Of a DNA stretch of 64,000 bases, positions 62,614 through 64,000 are shown piece after piece. The notes under the pieces are model-generated. The model was given only the letters and a program-made list of their open reading frames with translations, had not been told where the DNA came from and made no database searches. The stretch covers positions 150,764 through 214,763 of the forward strand of contig CAZMIU010000001.1 in the NCBI GenBank assembly GCA_964566795.1. Direction: 5' to 3'. Source of the DNA: an uncultured Candidatus Saccharibacteria bacterium (lineage in GTDB: Bacteria; Patescibacteriota; Minisyncoccia; Phycocordibacterales; SBAW01). Position numbers and translations under genes: made by a program. How positions within the stretch are numbered: the stretch's first letter is position 1; the number at the start of each line of letters is the position of its first letter.

Positions 62614-63069
62614 TTACTGCGTGCGGGTTCTGGCCAGCAAGAGTCCACCTCCCGCAAGCGTCAGGAGAGACGCTATCAGGGTAGATAGGGTGAGTGTGTC
62701 CGCACCGCCCGCGCCGGTGTTAGGGACGCCTGGGAAGTCGCCTCCCCCGCCGACACCACTAGGTATCTCGGTCGAGCTTCCCAATACGTCGCCATCATCG
62801 TCACTGTTGCTGTTGCGGCGCGAGCCCCCTCCGCCTCCGCCTCCGCCTCCGCCACCGCCGTTGTCAGGCTCGATAACAGTGCCGGTAAGCGTGTTGCCGG
62901 AGCCTCCGCTCACAGTGCCCGTTGCGGTACTGCCCGTTGCAGCGCCCGAGGTGAGTGTCCCGGTTACTTCCGACTGCGCCTGCGCCGGCGGCGCCCCGAC
63001 AATAAGGAACAGCACGAAGCAGAGCATGAGTGTCGCTGCCAAAGAACGTAGAGTAAGTGAGGTTGTCAT
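62614..63069 (-). CDS. Small surface protein with poly-Gly tract and C-terminal LPXTG-like (VPNTG) sorting signal
   Basis: Signal peptide, then G13 tract, then VPNTG motif, a hydrophobic segment and an RTRTQ tail. Confidence 0.5.
   Translation of the reverse strand: MTTSLTLRSLAATLMLCFVLFLIVGAPPAQAQSEVTGTLTSGAATGSTATGTVSGGSGNTLTGTVIEPDNGGGGGGGGGGGGSRRNSNSDDDGDVLGSSTEIPSGVGGGGDFPGVPNTGAGGADTLTLSTLIASLLTLAGGGLLLARTRTQ
62825..62860. repeat. Simple sequence repeat (CCGCCT)n encoding the poly-Gly tract
   Basis: ccgcct repeated 3 times plus ccgcca ccgccg inside the 62614-63069 gene. Confidence 0.6.
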
Positions 63070-63090
63070 AGGTGTAAGTGTGCTTAGCGG

Positions 63091-64000
63091 CTAGGGCAGC
63101 GTGCGTACGCCATACGTGGTCGTGTAAGACTCATTGGCCGTACCGCTTGGGATCTTGAGCTCTACCAGGACCTCTACCTGCCTGCCCGGCATGAGCGGGT
63201 CAAGATCGGTGGTCATGATCATGGGAGGTGTCGAGTAGGCATTGGCTGCGGTAAGCGTGACGGCTGCGGTGCTTGAGGCCTGTGCCGAGGACACGCGCAT
63301 GTTGTTTGCCACGCTAATTGTGGTGGTTGTGGAGTTTGCCGATACCCAGTCGCTAAAGCGCATAGACAGGTTCTCCTCGTCGTTTGGCGCCGTAATGTGG
63401 AAGAGGTAGCGCCAGCCGTCCTCGTAGGTATCGTTTGCTATGCCGCTGGTCTTTTGCGCGTCTATGGAGTCCACGTGGAGCGCTGCGTCTGTTGTGGTGC
63501 CGGTAGAGGTTGCCGTGTTGATGAATGTGCAGATAATCTGGTCATCATCTGCGGCCACAAACGACTGCATACCGCTGCCGGTTGTGCTGCCCACACTCTG
63601 CGTACCCCTCATGCAAGAGATGCCCGTGGTGTTCCAACCGGAGAGTGCGCCCTCCGACACAGTGGTAGTGCCCGCGTCAATAGTCATCGCCGAGGAGGTT
63701 GCCCAGCCGTTGGTGGTAGTGAGGCTCGATGATGCGCCGCCGTTAACCGAGAAGGCAAACGTACCGTTGCCACCCACCGAGTTTTTGACAATCCAGAGCG
63801 TGGCCTCATCGTCGCCGGGGTTGGTGGTGGTGCCAGTGCTGGTGCCCATCGTGCCGGACTCGGTATTGTCAGACGATGAGTCGCAGTCTGGGTCGGCCAG
63901 GTCGGTTACGCCGTCGCTGTCGTTGTCTATGGTGTCGGCACACTGCATAGGGGGCGTGGTGGTGCCTGTGGAGGTGCCCATGCTGCCCGACTCTGTGTTG
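63091..64000 (-). CDS. Secreted Thr/Ser/Gly-rich repeat protein with calcium-binding-like DxDxDGxxD motif; N-terminus lies beyond the window end
   Basis: A ~44-aa unit (...ESGTMGTSTGTTT...) is seen twice at the protein N-terminus (DNA 63830-64000). The motif DTIDNDSDGVTDLADPDCDS is present and the reading frame continues past 64000. Confidence 0.5.
   Translation of the reverse strand, partial: NTESGSMGTSTGTTTPPMQCADTIDNDSDGVTDLADPDCDSSSDNTESGTMGTSTGTTTNPGDDEATLWIVKNSVGGNGTFAFSVNGGASSSLTTTNGWATSSAMTIDAGTTTVSEGALSGWNTTGISCMRGTQSVGSTTGSGMQSFVAADDDQIICTFINTATSTGTTTDAALHVDSIDAQKTSGIANDTYEDGWRYLFHITAPNDEENLSMRFSDWVSANSTTTTISVANNMRVSSAQASSTAAVTLTAANAYSTPPMIMTTDLDPLMPGRQVEVLVELKIPSGTANESYTTTYGVRTLP

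Noticed and set aside
62700-63000. Possible CRISPR array or other regularly spaced repeats
   Set aside because: The only periodic signal is the coding (CCGCCT)n Gly tract. There are no repeat-spacer units of 25-40 nt anywhere in the window, and no cas1/cas2.

Overview
This 64 kb window is a gene-dense segment of a moderately high-GC bacterial chromosome, with almost every gene on the minus strand. The gene content suggests a reduced-genome bacterium, possibly a Patescibacteria/CPR-like lineage such as Saccharibacteria, but I cannot confirm the taxon from sequence alone. The evidence for that guess is the truncated ATP synthase delta and epsilon subunits, the short AlaRS, UvrC and YchF, several lineage-specific secreted and membrane proteins, and the presence of the cyo oxidase and nirK genes. 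There is no integrase, transposase or CRISPR array. tRNA genes do not encode CCA. Shine-Dalgarno motifs (aaggag) and TTGACN-N16/17-TAnAAT promoters are visible.

Main recognisable blocks, in window order:
- 1-250: 5' end of trpS.
- 745-6266: a heat-shock cluster of dnaJ, an ABC exporter, dnaK and grpE.
- 6478-10480: a fused ribosomal operon of infA, rpmJ, rpsM, rpsK, rpsD, rpoA, rplQ, rplM and rpsI.
- 12735-17256: alaS, a protein carrying only the DnaA DNA-binding domain IV, and an M13 peptidase.
- 17282-21129: a DNA-maintenance cluster of ung, a short ogt-like MGMT domain, a Cas4-like nuclease, mgtC and an ATP-cone/Mrr-type nuclease.
- 21135-31180: mnmA, mltG, a protein with an N-terminal sigma-70 region-4 domain, leuS with an embedded Nudix domain, and ychF.
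- 31229-34699: secreted and membrane proteins plus a flavodoxin-like NAD(P)H quinone oxidoreductase.
- 35439-43075: a complete F1Fo ATP synthase operon (atpBEF-H-AGD, an extra ORF, then atpC).
- 43853-44202: a tRNA cluster (Pro-CGG, Ala-CGC) with decayed tRNA fragments.
- 44758-49170: a cytochrome bo3-type quinol oxidase operon, cyoABCD plus the heme O synthase cyoE.
- 49643-61533: PCD, ddl, uvrC, uvrA, a membrane-anchored copper nitrite reductase (nirK), uvrB, tgt and an FKBP isomerase.
- 61552-64000: CAP-domain and repeat-rich surface proteins, one with an LPXTG-like VPNTG sorting signal.

Most unusual observations:
- The 14.2 kb segment holding the whole atp and cyo operons is bracketed by two inverted tRNA-Ala genes that share an ~90-110 nt 3' flank.
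- A ~270 aa ORF with a non-host codon bias and an EF-hand-like motif is inserted between atpD and atpC.
- A ~60 nt structured element with covarying stems occurs twice, each time just 3' of a minus-strand stop codon. One copy sits inside the atp operon after atpE.
- LeuRS carries a perfect Nudix box inserted after its editing domain.
- An ATP-cone domain is fused to an Mrr-like nuclease.
- A 13-bp-arm inverted repeat overlaps the -35 of the grpE promoter and is not a canonical CIRCE.
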